Origin: Phyllobates terribilis
Taxonomy: Eukaryota
Length of the DNA: 64,000 bases
Reading direction: 5' to 3'
NCBI RefSeq assembly: GCF_046119375.1
Contig: NW_027362765.1
Location: 531,278,001-531,342,000 of the forward strand
The stretch's first letter is position 1. Each line of letters starts with the position of its first letter. The notes beneath the pieces are model-generated. The model was not told the DNA's origin. It made no database searches and was given only the letters and a program-made list of their open reading frames with translations. Of the stretch, positions 10,282 through 20,649 are shown one piece after another. The position numbers and the translations under genes are program-made.

Positions 10282-12793
10282 CCCTCCGTCACATACAATA
10301 TCGGTTCTAACGAGTTCACATACAATATGACTGTCAGGCGCAGGCTAGAAAAATACCTATAATATCTAATGTTTGCAATTTCAGTGCTCTAAAAGTGATC
10401 AGTGACCTTCATAGGGATGTAATAAAAGAGACTACACATAATCAGGTGCAAAAAAAAAACATTTACTTAACATAAAACTAATAACTCTGAAATACAAACA
10501 TTTCAAAACTCCCACCAAATAGTCCCCAGTTCGACTCTGTCAAAAAACTCTACAAAGAAAATTTATGGAAACAAACTTAATTTTAAGGTACCTTAAGTAC
10601 TATTAAACACATATTCAATCAGAATTAGATCCTGAAGTTTCCCCAGAAAAATTACACTTGCAGAGCAAAGAGCAAGAATTACACATCACTTTTGCATGTG
10701 TCAGGCAGATTGCATTATGACATTTGTGACATTCATAATTAGAAAGCCTTCTGATTCCGCTTTCCGTGGTGCAGGTGGTGCATCTCCTTCTTTTGGGAGG
10801 TGGTGCAGGTGGTGAATTTTCACTATCATCTTCTGGGCGGAATCTTTTGAGCTGAACTTGAAGGCGAGAGGGGATACCGATTGTTTTCATACTTCTCCTG
10901 TGTAGCTTTCCAAGCACTAATTCATGGGCCAATTTTTTCAGATAGAATCATCTACGGAGTGGTTCAAGCTTGTTTTCAAGGTAAATGACTTGTGAATTTA
11001 TACCACCCAAATTCAACATAGCAAAAAATATGACCATTGGCCAGCGTTTGGTGTTTCTGCTGACGTTGAAAGTTGGACACATCTGATCAGCTGTATCAAC
11101 ACCCCCTTTGGTTGCATTATAAAATGTAATTATCTCCGTTTTTTTTTTGTGCCTCAGTCCCAGGATCGATGGCATCATCATCATGAAGTGTTGATAGAAG
11201 AAGTACAATTTTTTTTGCTTGTGGTACATAGGAAACCAAAACCTTTCCATTATGGAATGCAAACATACTGCTGTACTGTTGTCTCCCTTTCACACTTACA
11301 AACTGTGTAGGCAATTCTTTTTTATTTTTTCTTACAGTTCCGACATATGAAAGCTTCTGCATTTTCAGATAATCAATCAGATCACAATTTGAAAACCAAT
11401 TGTCAGCTGTTATATTGCGACCCGATCCAAATAAGGGCTCAGCCAGTCTTTTTACAACATCACTGGGTTTGTTGCTGACACAGTAAGGACCTTCTGGTTG
11501 TTTTCCTGCATAAACTTCCAGGTTGTAAGTGAAGGTCTTACTGGCATCAACAAGGGCATACATTTTTATTCCATATTTGTTAGGCTTTGATGGAATATAT
11601 TGACGAAAGGCACATTTACCACGAAAACCAGGGAGCATTTCTTCAATAGTGAGATTCTCCCCAGGGCAATAGCTTTTTTTACAGTTTTCAACAAATTTTT
11701 GGAATATATCACGAATTGGAGCAAGTCGGTCATGTGTTTTACGTTCGGTTCGGGTAGTTCTGTCGTCAAACCGAAGGCAATGAATTAGAAGCTTGAATCT
11801 GTTTATGGACATAACAAGGCCAAATTTTTCAACTCCATCCCCATCTTTACTCCAAAGTTCCTCCAAACTTTGTCTATTTGCCCTATAAGCTCCTGCAAGG
11901 TATAATAATCCAAAAAAAGCACGCAGTTCTATTTCATCTGTGGCCTTGATGGTTCTGTTGCAGATGAACTTGTCCTTTATAATGTCTATATATTGGTTGG
12001 TATATGTGACAATAGAGTCCAGAATGTCATCTGTGAATAAACTATTCCAGCATTCAACTGCGGCTTTTGCATTACTTGCAGTTCCTATAACTGCAGGAAG
12101 GTGAGTAATAATGTTTTGAGGTTCCCTACGTTTTTTCTGGACTGGCTTCTTGTTCCATTGTTTTTTTTTATCTTTTCCAATATAATAAGATTCTACATCT
12201 TCATCCTCATCACTGTCACCATCTTGCTCTGTTTCAGAATCCACTTCACATACTTCGACCTCATCATGAGAATCAATCTCACTTTCCTCTCCTAAATCCT
12301 CATTCAGTGTGGGGTCTGCATAATCTAACAGCATGTTTGTTACTTCCTCAACATCAAGTTTTTTTGATAAATTGTACATTTTCCTCTCCATTTCAGCAGA
12401 TAATCTGAAGCAAGAGAAGGAATATGTGTTAGGGAACTACTGTATATGCCTGAGCAGCACACTTTCTTTTTAATCTGCCTTATTTCTATGAAATATCCTC
12501 ACACTTTGTGCTATACATTCATAAAACAAGCTAAATAAACAATTGTGATGAATAAAAACATAAAATACCAACCTTATTGAGTGTGACGTGTTCACATACA
12601 ATGAGCCTGAGAGATTAGCGCAGTTATATCTGTCCTCCTGAAGCTCTGCAATCCAACTGTGGTATGAGGTTTCACAGAGCTGCTAGAGACAGGAGACTAC
12701 CTGGAGGGAGGGGATTTCCTCACAATCTGGTGAGGAAGGAGAAATGAAAGTAAAAGAGATGTGCCTGTCAGGCCTATTGTATGTGACGGAGGG
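10282..12793 (-). mobile_element. piggyBac DNA transposon (2512 bp) inserted in the integrase gene
   Basis: TTAA TSD (10278-10281, 12794-12797); perfect 19-bp TIR CCCTCCGTCACATACAATA; removal restores AFVKEIVKLHG as in copy 2. Confidence 0.97.
10615..12391 (-). pseudogene. piggyBac transposase with three lesions
   Basis: FRQYIPSKPNKYGIK, RNITADNWF, TKGGVDTADQM, C-terminal Cys-rich domain; first catalytic D is E (TIEE, 11642-11644), frameshift at T10 run 11139-11148, TGA at 10948-10950. Confidence 0.93.
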
Positions 12794-13705
12794 TTAAGGA
12801 GATTGTCAAGCTCCATGGCGTTCCCACAGATATTGTTTCTGATAGAGGACCTCAGTTTGTGGCTCGCTTTTGGCGTGCTTTTTGTGACAGGTTGGGAGTC
12901 CATTTGTCATTTTCATCTGGGTATCATCCTGAGTCTAATGGACAGACTGAAAGAAAGAACCAGGATGTAGAACAGTTTTTGCGTTGTTTTGTGGCGGACA
13001 ATCAAGAGGTGTGGTCTGAGTTTCTGCCTCTCGCAGAATTTGCTCTTAACAATCATACATCCTCCTCTGCTGGGTGTTCTCCTTTTTTTTGTTGTACTGG
13101 GAGACATCCGACTTTTGGTTCGTTCTCCAAATTGGGGTCGGCGGTGCCGGAGGAGAATTTTTCCAGTGATTTGGAGAGAGTTTGGACTAATGTACGTTGC
13201 AACCTTCAAGAGGCTAACAAGAAGTCCAAGAAGTATTTTGACAGGAAACGTAAGGAGGTTTTGTTTACTGTGGGTGACATGGTTTGGTTGTCCTCGAAGA
13301 ACCTGCGGTTGAGGATTCCCTCTAAAAATCTGGGTCCAAAGTTTGTGGGTCCATTTAAAGTGCTTCAGGTTGTTAACCCGTCTGCTGTTAGGTTGGACGT
13401 CCCTACTTCCTCGAAGATTAATCCTGTGTTTCATGTTTCCTTGTTGAAAAAGGCTGATGTATCTGATAGGGACGCCACTGTCACAGTTCCTCCTGTTGTG
13501 GAAGACGGCGAATATGAAATTTTTCGTATCTTGAATTCTACATGGCATAGAGGGAGATTACAGTATCTTGTCTCCTGGAAGGGTTTTGGTCCCGAAGACA
13601 ACTCCTGGGTAAGGACGGATGATGTCTCTGCTCCTAGGCTTGTTAAAGCTTTCCACAGGAGGTTTCTGGATAGGCCTGGGCCTGGAGGATCCAGAGGATC
13701 CTCAT

Positions 13706-13716
13706 AAAAGAGGGGG
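13706..13716 (+). promoter_or_regulatory. Polypurine tract of copy 1
   Basis: AAAAGAGGGGG three bases before the 3' LTR. Confidence 0.85.
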
Positions 13717-13719
13717 TAC

Positions 13720-14153
13720 TGTTAGAACCCTCCTGTTTGTTTTTTCCATCTTGTGTTTTGTGGTCACGTGACCATCTGCCTTTATATTCCAGCTCCGCCC
13801 TTGTGGCTGTGTTGGACTTCAGTGTTTGACTGTTTCTCTAGCCTGGTGCTTCGGTGCCTTTTTTTGTCAAGTTCGCTTGGTCCTCTGGGACCTCTAGTAC
13901 TTTTTGTCAGTTTGTCTTTTTGTGTTCTGCAACAACTTCTCTATTTAGGAGGTGTCCCATTTTTGTCCCAGTCCTTAGTTCTTTTAGGGACCCCTCCCTT
14001 AATTCTATAGGTCTTCGTTCAGACTAGCCGAGGACTAAGGCGGGTCTGTTCACTAGGAACAGGCAGCCCGCTACATCGTAGGGATTCAGCTTAGTCTTAC
14101 TGTAGGGACAGCTTTCCCCTATCTTTCCTTAGTACATGTTGCAGATCATAACA
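13720..14153 (+). repeat. 3' LTR of copy 1
   Basis: Direct repeat of 6607-7041, followed by TSD GCAAC. Confidence 0.97.
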
Positions 14154-14158
14154 GCAAC

Positions 14159-14960
14159 AGCAGCAGCATCAGCAGCAGATGACTTTCCTGACAGAAATTG
14201 TATTGGCTAGAGAGATGGCACCTCCCACAAGCCTAAGTGGAGATACTCGTTTGAGGCGAACAGTGTGGGAGGCCTTGCAGAAAATTACTCTGGAGAACAA
14301 TGTCGAGGCTTTTTTGACTGTCTTTGAGAGGGTGGCAGGGAAAAACTTCCCCCAGAGCAATGGGCGGTGATCCTAGCTCCGTATCTTACCAGAGAACCGC
14401 AGAAAGCATATTATGACCTTGTCTTGCTGGATGCCAAGGAGTAAAGCAAGCGGAAGGCAGAAATTCTGGAACATTTAGATGTAACCCTAACAATCATGCC
14501 GCAACGTGTGCACCTCTGGCACATCCACAGTGCCAAGCCTCCCAGGTCCCAGATGTTCAATCTGTTACACCTAATGCAAAAATGGCTGCAGCCTGAGACC
14601 TGCTCTCTAGCACAAATTGTGAAAAGAGTGGTAGTGTACCTTCTTATCCACTAACCAGCTAAGTCTGTGCAATGCTGGGTTTCCAAAGAAGATCCACAGA
14701 ATTCATATGACCATGTGATCCTTGTGGAAAGATGCTTGGCTGTGGAGAAATCTCTGAGAAATCAAGGGAGCCTAAGGTCACCTTTCTGAGATACCCAAGT
14801 CCATGTCTGAGAGATGCCCAAAGACCCAGAAGGAGTCAGAGCTGATTTCAATGGGCATATCTTGTACAATTGTTTGTAGTAGGTGTCATGCCCCATGTCA
14901 TATAGCAGCCCATTGTCCTATGACCCCAGAGCCGATGGACTGCTCTGTAGGCCAACGCTT
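14159..14960 (+). pseudogene. gag: SCAN-type gag remnant with CCHC knuckle (Gmr1-like)
   Basis: KITLENNVEAFLTVFERVA; across a frameshift QWAVILAPYLTREPQKAYYDL and SQMFNLLHLMQKWLQPE; CSRCHAPCHIAAHC...EPMDCS. Confidence 0.8.
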
Positions 14961-15028
14961 CTCATTTTTTGCCAAATCCCATGTGAAATGCCGTACCTCA
15001 CCCTGGTGAGGTACCTCAGCTGTGCCAG

Positions 15029-15484
15029 GTGACAGTGAACAGTGCTACTGTCACCGGACTCCTGGACTCAGGGAGTTTAGTTACCCTTTTAACTGCCACA
15101 CTCCCGCATATGCTAGTGCCTAGGAAGGGCTTGGGGGTGAGGTGTATCCATGGAGACATCAAGAACTATTCCGTGGCCCATGTTGACATACACACAGACT
15201 GTGGTTCTGAGTCCCACAAAGTAGATATTGTTGAGGACTTATTGCATGCTATTGTTATCGGGAGAGATTTGTCTTTGTTCTGGGACTTATTGGCTAAAGC
15301 TATAGCACCTAGAAGTCCTGAATGCCACCAGGATTCGACTAGGGTAACAAGGTCACATGATGTAACTGGTGAATTCCTTTCACTGTACTGGCTGGAGAGG
15401 AGGATGAGGAAGCATCCCCTGAAGGTGTCACTGACCTGGAGGTGTCACAGGATAACTTTGGGACTGCCCAGATCAGACACTTAA
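15029..15484 (+). pseudogene. Retroviral-type aspartic protease of the Gmr1-like element
   Basis: GLLDSGSLVTL, RCIHGD, IVIGRD; followed at ~15604-15675 by VRAFLGTVGYYRRFVPNFS and at ~15840 by GNVDALSR. Confidence 0.85.
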
Positions 15485-15917
15485 CATCATAAGGTGCTCT
15501 GGAAAAGGTAACAGTTTTGAATGGTGTTCCCCATGATTCTTAAAGCCCGCCGGGAGGTAATTTTAAAGAAGGCGATACAGAGCCTTCCTCGGAATTCCTA
15601 CAGGTCAGAGCATTCCTAGGAACTGTAGGCTATTACAGGAGGTTTGTCCCTAATTTTTCTATAATAGCAGCACCACCAATCTCCAAAAGGGCACAAAATC
15701 AGTTATGGTTAAATGGTCTCCAGTGGGTGAGAGGGCATTTTAGGAGCTTAAACTGGCCCACGGAGGCAATCAGTGGTGGTAGTGCTGGGTTTCTTCAAAG
15801 CATCAGCATTGTAAGCTATATGGCCTGGTAAGCTATATGGCAATGTGGATGCTCTGTCAAGAGTACAATGTTTATTGGCAGAAGGTGCCCAGGCCCGGAT
15901 TTTAGTAGAAGGGAGTA

Positions 15918-16584
15918 TGTAAGAAAGCAGGAGGTAAGGTCCTGGATGGCAGGTATGTGTTACTGAGATGGTTTTTATTTGACTGGATTTTGGGTCAGGG
16001 ATTTAGGAGTGAACAAAAGAGCCTGAGTGGGAAAGGTCGCTCCCATACTCCAGTAGAGGTCTTACAGGCCTAATAACAGGCAGATTTGAATCACTCAGCA
16101 GAATGTGTTGTGTTGGAGCTGGAGAAAGACCATTCATGGTGGATAGTCTATGCTAGAGACTGGAAAGTGCCTGTAATACCAAGTTGATGAAGCCAACCCA
16201 GAGAATGATTGTTTTAACAATACATACTCTTTGGACTCCATGTTTTTAATGAATCTTCAATAAAGTATGAAATAATTTTTATTCATCGTTGGACGGATGT
16301 GCCGCTTATTTTTCTTTCCTCTAATCTTTGGCTGAACTTCACCAGCAGGACCGGCGCCTGACAAGCAGTCTTCAACCTCAGTATTAGAAGATATAGAGTG
16401 GTGAGCTCAAAATCACCCCCTCTCTCTTATCTGCGTTTTGATATTAATTTGTGGTGAAGAAAGGCTGTTTTCAGTTTTGAAGCTGTAAAGTTTATGAAGG
16501 ACAATAAACTTTATTCTGTTTTGATATAAAAAAAACTGTACCTGTGCGTTTCCAAAAGGCTACCAAAGACCCAAAACCCCCACA
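15918..16584 (+). repeat. 3' LTR of the Gmr1-like element
   Basis: Begins TGTAAG after purine tract; shares CTTACAGGCCTAATAACAGGCAG and GCTGTAAAGTTTATGAAGGACAATAAACTTTATTC with 6140-6421. Confidence 0.8.
16216..16440 (+). mobile_element. ~225-bp insertion in the 3' LTR, resembling a Penelope-like 3' tail
   Basis: Absent from the 5' LTR; AATAAA...TTGGAC...GTGCCGC...GTGGTGAGCTC layout; family call is inference. Confidence 0.45.
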
Positions 16585-16719
16585 ATATATATATCTTTTA
16601 TAAACCAGGAGAAGGGCATGTATTGTGATATGTACATAGTAATTATGTCCCTTTTGTATCACCTTTGTGTTTGCACCAGTGATGCCCTTTTTATTGCAAT
16701 TATATAGTATAATGGCTCT

Positions 16720-18139
16720 AAAAATGACCCTCACACACAGTATGATATTCCCACAATGAATCCCTCTCCCCAAAGTCTCACCCCACACATACAGTAGGAT
16801 GACTCCACAGTGCCTCCAACAAAGTATGATGTCCCCACAGTGGCAGTAACACATTATAATAACCCCACAGATTGATGCCCCTAAAGTGCTCCCCCATAGT
16901 TTGATCTCTCCATAGTCCCCAACACATACACAGTATCATGGCCCCCACATAATATGATAGCCTATCAATATGATGTTCCCCACTCAATATGAGAGCCCCC
17001 TACTCAGTATGAGGGCCCCCACAGCCCCTTACTCAGTATGAGGCCCACCACAGCCTCCTACTCAGTATGAGGACCCCACACAGTATAAGGGCTCCCCACA
17101 CAGAATGAGGGCCCTCACAGCCCCCACACAGAATGAAGGCCCCACAGCCTCCCACTAAGTATTGGAGGCACCATATCCCCCCACTCAATATGGGAGCCCC
17201 CTCTGCCCCCTACTCAATTTGATAGCCCCTCACACAGAATTAGGGCCCTCACAGCCCCCCACACAGAATGAGGGCCCCCACAGAATGAGGTCCATCACAT
17301 CCCCCCACTCAGTGTTGGATCCACCACAGTCCCCCACTCAGTATGGGAGCCCCCACAGTCCCCAACTCAGTATGGGAGGTCCTCACAGTCCCCCATAGCC
17401 CCCCATTTAGTATAATGGCTTCCACCAGCCCCCCCCCCACTGAGAATAATGGCCCAGATCTACCCACCATTCACTATAATGGCCCACTTATCACGAGGGC
17501 TCCCACTATCTCCCTACTCAGTATGAGGGCCCCCACTGCTCCCTACTCAATATGATGGCCCATACAGCCTTCTACTCAGTATGAAGGCCCACACAGATCT
17601 CCACATAGAATGAGGGCCGCCACAGCACACCACTTGCTATGAGGGCCCCCACTCATTATGAAAGCCAAGACAGTCCCCCACAGCCCCCATTCAGTATAAT
17701 GGCCCCCACCAGCCTCCCACTCTGAATAATGACTGACTCAGTATAAGGACCTCCATCAGCCCCCCTCCAACAGTATAAGGGCCACTATAATTACTAACAT
17801 TTAAAAAAAAAAACACTACACCTCACGTTGTTCCCCCGGCACGTTGCGGTCTGTGCAGTGTGAGTACTGAGGAGCCAAACTGCAGGCACAATGTAGTGGC
17901 ATCATCGCGCCTGTAGTGCACAGAGTCTCTTACTCACAGGTGCAGTTTGAATGGTGGATCACTGAGCTTTCGACTCCCTGATCCACCATTCTATTCAATG
18001 GTATCGGCATCCTAGGGGTGCAGATACTGCTGAAATTGTGTTGACGAGGGGAGGGGGCCAAATGCCACCCTGCCCCCCTCCCCGACTCACAGGCCTCATA
18101 GCAGTTACTTGGGCTGCCACTATGAAAGGTATGCCCCTG
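16720..18139. mobile_element. Non-autonomous hAT-like element with internal CCCCACACAGTATGA-type minisatellite
   Basis: Degenerate ~20-30 bp C-rich tandem units 16720-17790; ends GGTATGCCCCTG (CAGGGGC-type TIR); left end not found. Confidence 0.55.
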
Positions 18140-18145
18140 ATATAG

Positions 18146-20498
18146 TGACGCGCCCCCTAGGCCGTGGGATACTCGGTAGCCGGGCCGGTCGATGCTGGGG
18201 ATGTCACAGTGGCAGTGACCCGGTCTGTGACCCAGGGCAGTCAATTAAAGGGGAAAGTGAAAGGGGAATAAAGTTTTTATAGATATAATGCTCGTAACGC
18301 CACCTGTGGTATGCGGCAATATGGGGCCTCGGCTATATGGGGCCGTCGCTGCGGTGCAGATCCACTGGAGCTGATGGTGACGCAGCAGAGTTGGTTCAGC
18401 TCATCACAGGTAGAGCTAAGCTCCAGGGCAGTAAATGATGATTTGTATGAGGTAGATGTTGCTGGTGCGGTGTAGTGCAGGGCTGGTGATAGCGCAGCAA
18501 TTATTCAAGGACACAGTGGGGTGCAGTCTTCAGGTTTTACTCACAGTTGTTAAGTTCCTCAGGTTACACTTTCCGGATTATAACCGCCCACGTCGTCCTG
18601 TATTCACCAAGGAAGGGGTTCAGCAGCTCTCAAGTATTTCAGGAGTACTTAAACGGGACCCCGTTCTATGTTCCTTTCTCAGTCGTCTTCCTGCGCTGGC
18701 TCTCGCTCTCCTGCCCTGCGCCTCACAATCAGTGTCCCAAGCCAGTAGCCTCGGATCTTGTCAGGCGACGTGCAGTCCCCTGGACCCTATGCGGCCACAT
18801 TTTTGACGATGTAATTGTGGTAATGGGCAGCTGCACTTTGAAAGTACAGAAGCCTCCGGTTATCTAGCTGAGCCTGATTGTTCTCCACTAGTTTAGGGGC
18901 CGGTCCCCTCTGTGGCCTGATCCCTCCACATCCGTGTAGATTCTGGCGCACGGGTGGCTTCTGCACTCACCGTGCCCCTACGATACCCTCAATCTCTGGA
19001 GCCTTCCCTCTGCTCCTGTCCTCTCTCTCTCTTTCCTGGGCCTCTCTTACTAGGCCCCGCTCCTCTCAACTCCTGCTCCAAGCACTGGAGCCAGGAGCCT
19101 GGACCTCCTCCACTGCTCTCCTGAGCAGGACTCGCTCTGACTGGACTCTCCCCTTCTAGATGGTTCCCATCCTTCTTATACTCCTACTGACGGTGCTCCC
19201 CTGATCTTCTTCTTCCTCCACCCACACCCACTACATGGTTCCCCCTCTCTTGGTTTTTGTTCGGTGGTCATGATAAAACCACCAAGAAACACCTTAAGAA
19301 GTGAAAACTATTTACAAAGGAAAGTTTTTAGCTGCTCACCATCCACAGACTAAGTGTCCTTGTACCTTTACCGGGTACACTAAACAAATAAACAAAAAAC
19401 ATTTTAAACACACAGCATTCCTGCTATACCCCTACGGGTAACTATATACAGGTTCTTTCACTTTTAACTGGGTAGTTTGACATTGGTGCTCCCTCCTGGT
19501 AGACACCTGTCCACTATAGGCTGGCCCAGCAGGGTCGTCAGCCTGGGACAGGAGAGGCATGTCCTCCTCCTCCTCCACTACCCTGCGTACATGGAGGGCA
19601 TACCATCCACGCGGTCCCTTATGCCGGGTATAGGTGACACGGTCACCAGGGTATAGGTCCCGGCCGAGATGTCTCTGTTGGAGATGGGACTCCACGTCCC
19701 GCCGGTTCACGAAAAAGTCCTTTGACAGCTGTGGCTTCCGAATGAAGCCCCATCCGGCATCCAGGTCGAATTTGACTACAGTCCCTTCTGCATGGGGACT
19801 GGGTGTGGCTGGCTTTACCTTGTGGGCCCGGGCTTTCTCCTCGATATTGAGGGCCTCCATTCTCTCCCACCGCTTCTGTCGCTCCTGGCGCTCTGCTGTC
19901 AGCTTCTGGAGCTCCCACTGGCACTGTTCCTCCCTCCGGAGGGCCTCGGTCTCGGTCTCCCTCGGGAACCCCATGAAGTTACCCTCCTGTTTGTCCCACC
20001 GGAACTCTTCTCCTCCCTGGCAGGCAACCGGGGATGCATACGTGGTTAATAGAGGGGCTCCCTGCTAGTCCTCGAACTTTGTGGACCAGTCCCATGTGGG
20101 GCGCCCATACACCCAAGCGCGTGCGGGGGCAGGGGGTTCCTGTAGGGGCCCCAGGAGCAGATTGGTGCTGTCAGTGTCTGGGGAAGGAAGTTCCTGTAGG
20201 GGTCCCAGGAGCAGGTTGACGTTGCAGGCGCCCGAGGCAGGGGGCTCATGTAAAGGGCCCAGGAGGACCCACACCCACTACATAGTTCCCCCTCTCTTGG
20301 TTCCCCCCCTTCCAACCAGGGACAGGGCTCAGCAGTGGATTCATGCATCTTGCCCCTCCTGCTGGTCTGGAATGGTGTAGTGTTGGAGGCAGGTGGGTGG
20401 GTCCCGGGTAGAACTCCCTCCTTACCTGAGAGTTGGGTACCACACCTCTGGGTGAGATGCAGTACCTCTGTGGCGACTGAACCTGCAGGGGCGCCACA
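18146..20498 (-). mobile_element. Solo Gypsy-type LTR (2353 bp) carrying a cold-shock-domain cassette in U3
   Basis: TG...CA termini; 4-bp TSD ATAG (18142-18145, 20499-20502); both ends homologous to 2136-3401; minus-strand TATAAG (~19175-19180) and AGTAAA (~18535-18540) downstream of the ORF. Confidence 0.88.
19432..19974 (-). CDS. Coiled-coil plus cold-shock domain (CSD/OB-fold) protein, 180 aa; frame extends to 20274 across one TAG
   Basis: aa 63-132 EGTVVKFDLDAGWGFIRKPQLSKDFFVNRRDV...LYPGDRVTYTRHKGPRGWYALHVRRV aligns to CspA consensus GTVKWFN..KGFGFI.....KDVFVH.......L.EGQ.VEF......KGP.A.NV; RNP1 GWGFI, RNP2 DFFVN. Confidence 0.82.
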   Translation of the reverse strand: MGFPRETETEALRREEQCQWELQKLTAERQERQKRWERMEALNIEEKARAHKVKPATPSPHAEGTVVKFDLDAGWGFIRKPQLSKDFFVNRRDVESHLQQRHLGRDLYPGDRVTYTRHKGPRGWYALHVRRVVEEEEDMPLLSQADDPAGPAYSGQVSTRREHQCQTTQLKVKEPVYSYP

Positions 20499-20649
20499 AT
20501 AGCTCTATAGGGGATTTATTTCTTTTAAAAATCATGTCAGGAATATACATTTTAATGTTGTAGTTGCAGATAAATTTACTTTTATTTCATATGCAAATGA
20601 AGGTGCCTTGGGGCTTCCTTGGTGTGACCAAGAGTTCAGTGCACTGTTA

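Larger units (their letters stand above)
7838..13707 (+). pseudogene. pol: Pol (protease-RT-RNase H-integrase-chromodomain), frameshifted and interrupted by two insertions
   Basis: FVDCGST protease; YLDDILIYS RT; DAS/RELLAI/TDHKNL RNase H; SDRGPQF and HPESNGQTE integrase; YEIFRIL...QYLVSWKGFGPEDNSW chromodomain. Confidence 0.95.
6607..14153 (+). mobile_element. Sushi/Tf1-group Ty3/Gypsy chromovirus, copy 1 (full length, disrupted)
   Basis: LTRs 6607-7041 and 13720-14153 (TGTTAGAACC...TCATAACA, ~15 differences in ~435 bp); exact TSD GCAAC; gag-PR-RT-RH-IN-chromodomain order; PPT AAAAGAGGGGG. Confidence 0.97.
6100..16584 (+). mobile_element. Gmr1-like Gypsy LTR retrotransposon with SCAN-type gag, internally deleted; host of the 6607-14153 insertion
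   Basis: Homologous LTR segments 6100-6421 and 15918-16584, both ending AAAACCCCCACA; tRNA-Ala PBS; gag, CCHC, protease, RT/RNase H remnants; purine tract before 15918. Start of 5' LTR not resolved, TSD not confirmed. Confidence 0.78.

Noticed and set aside
16492-17555. ORFs of 60-120 aa in the C-rich minisatellite
   Set aside because: By-products of low-complexity repeats
19634-20068. 144-aa plus-strand ORF antisense to the CSD ORF
   Set aside because: Shadow ORF of a GC-rich coding frame
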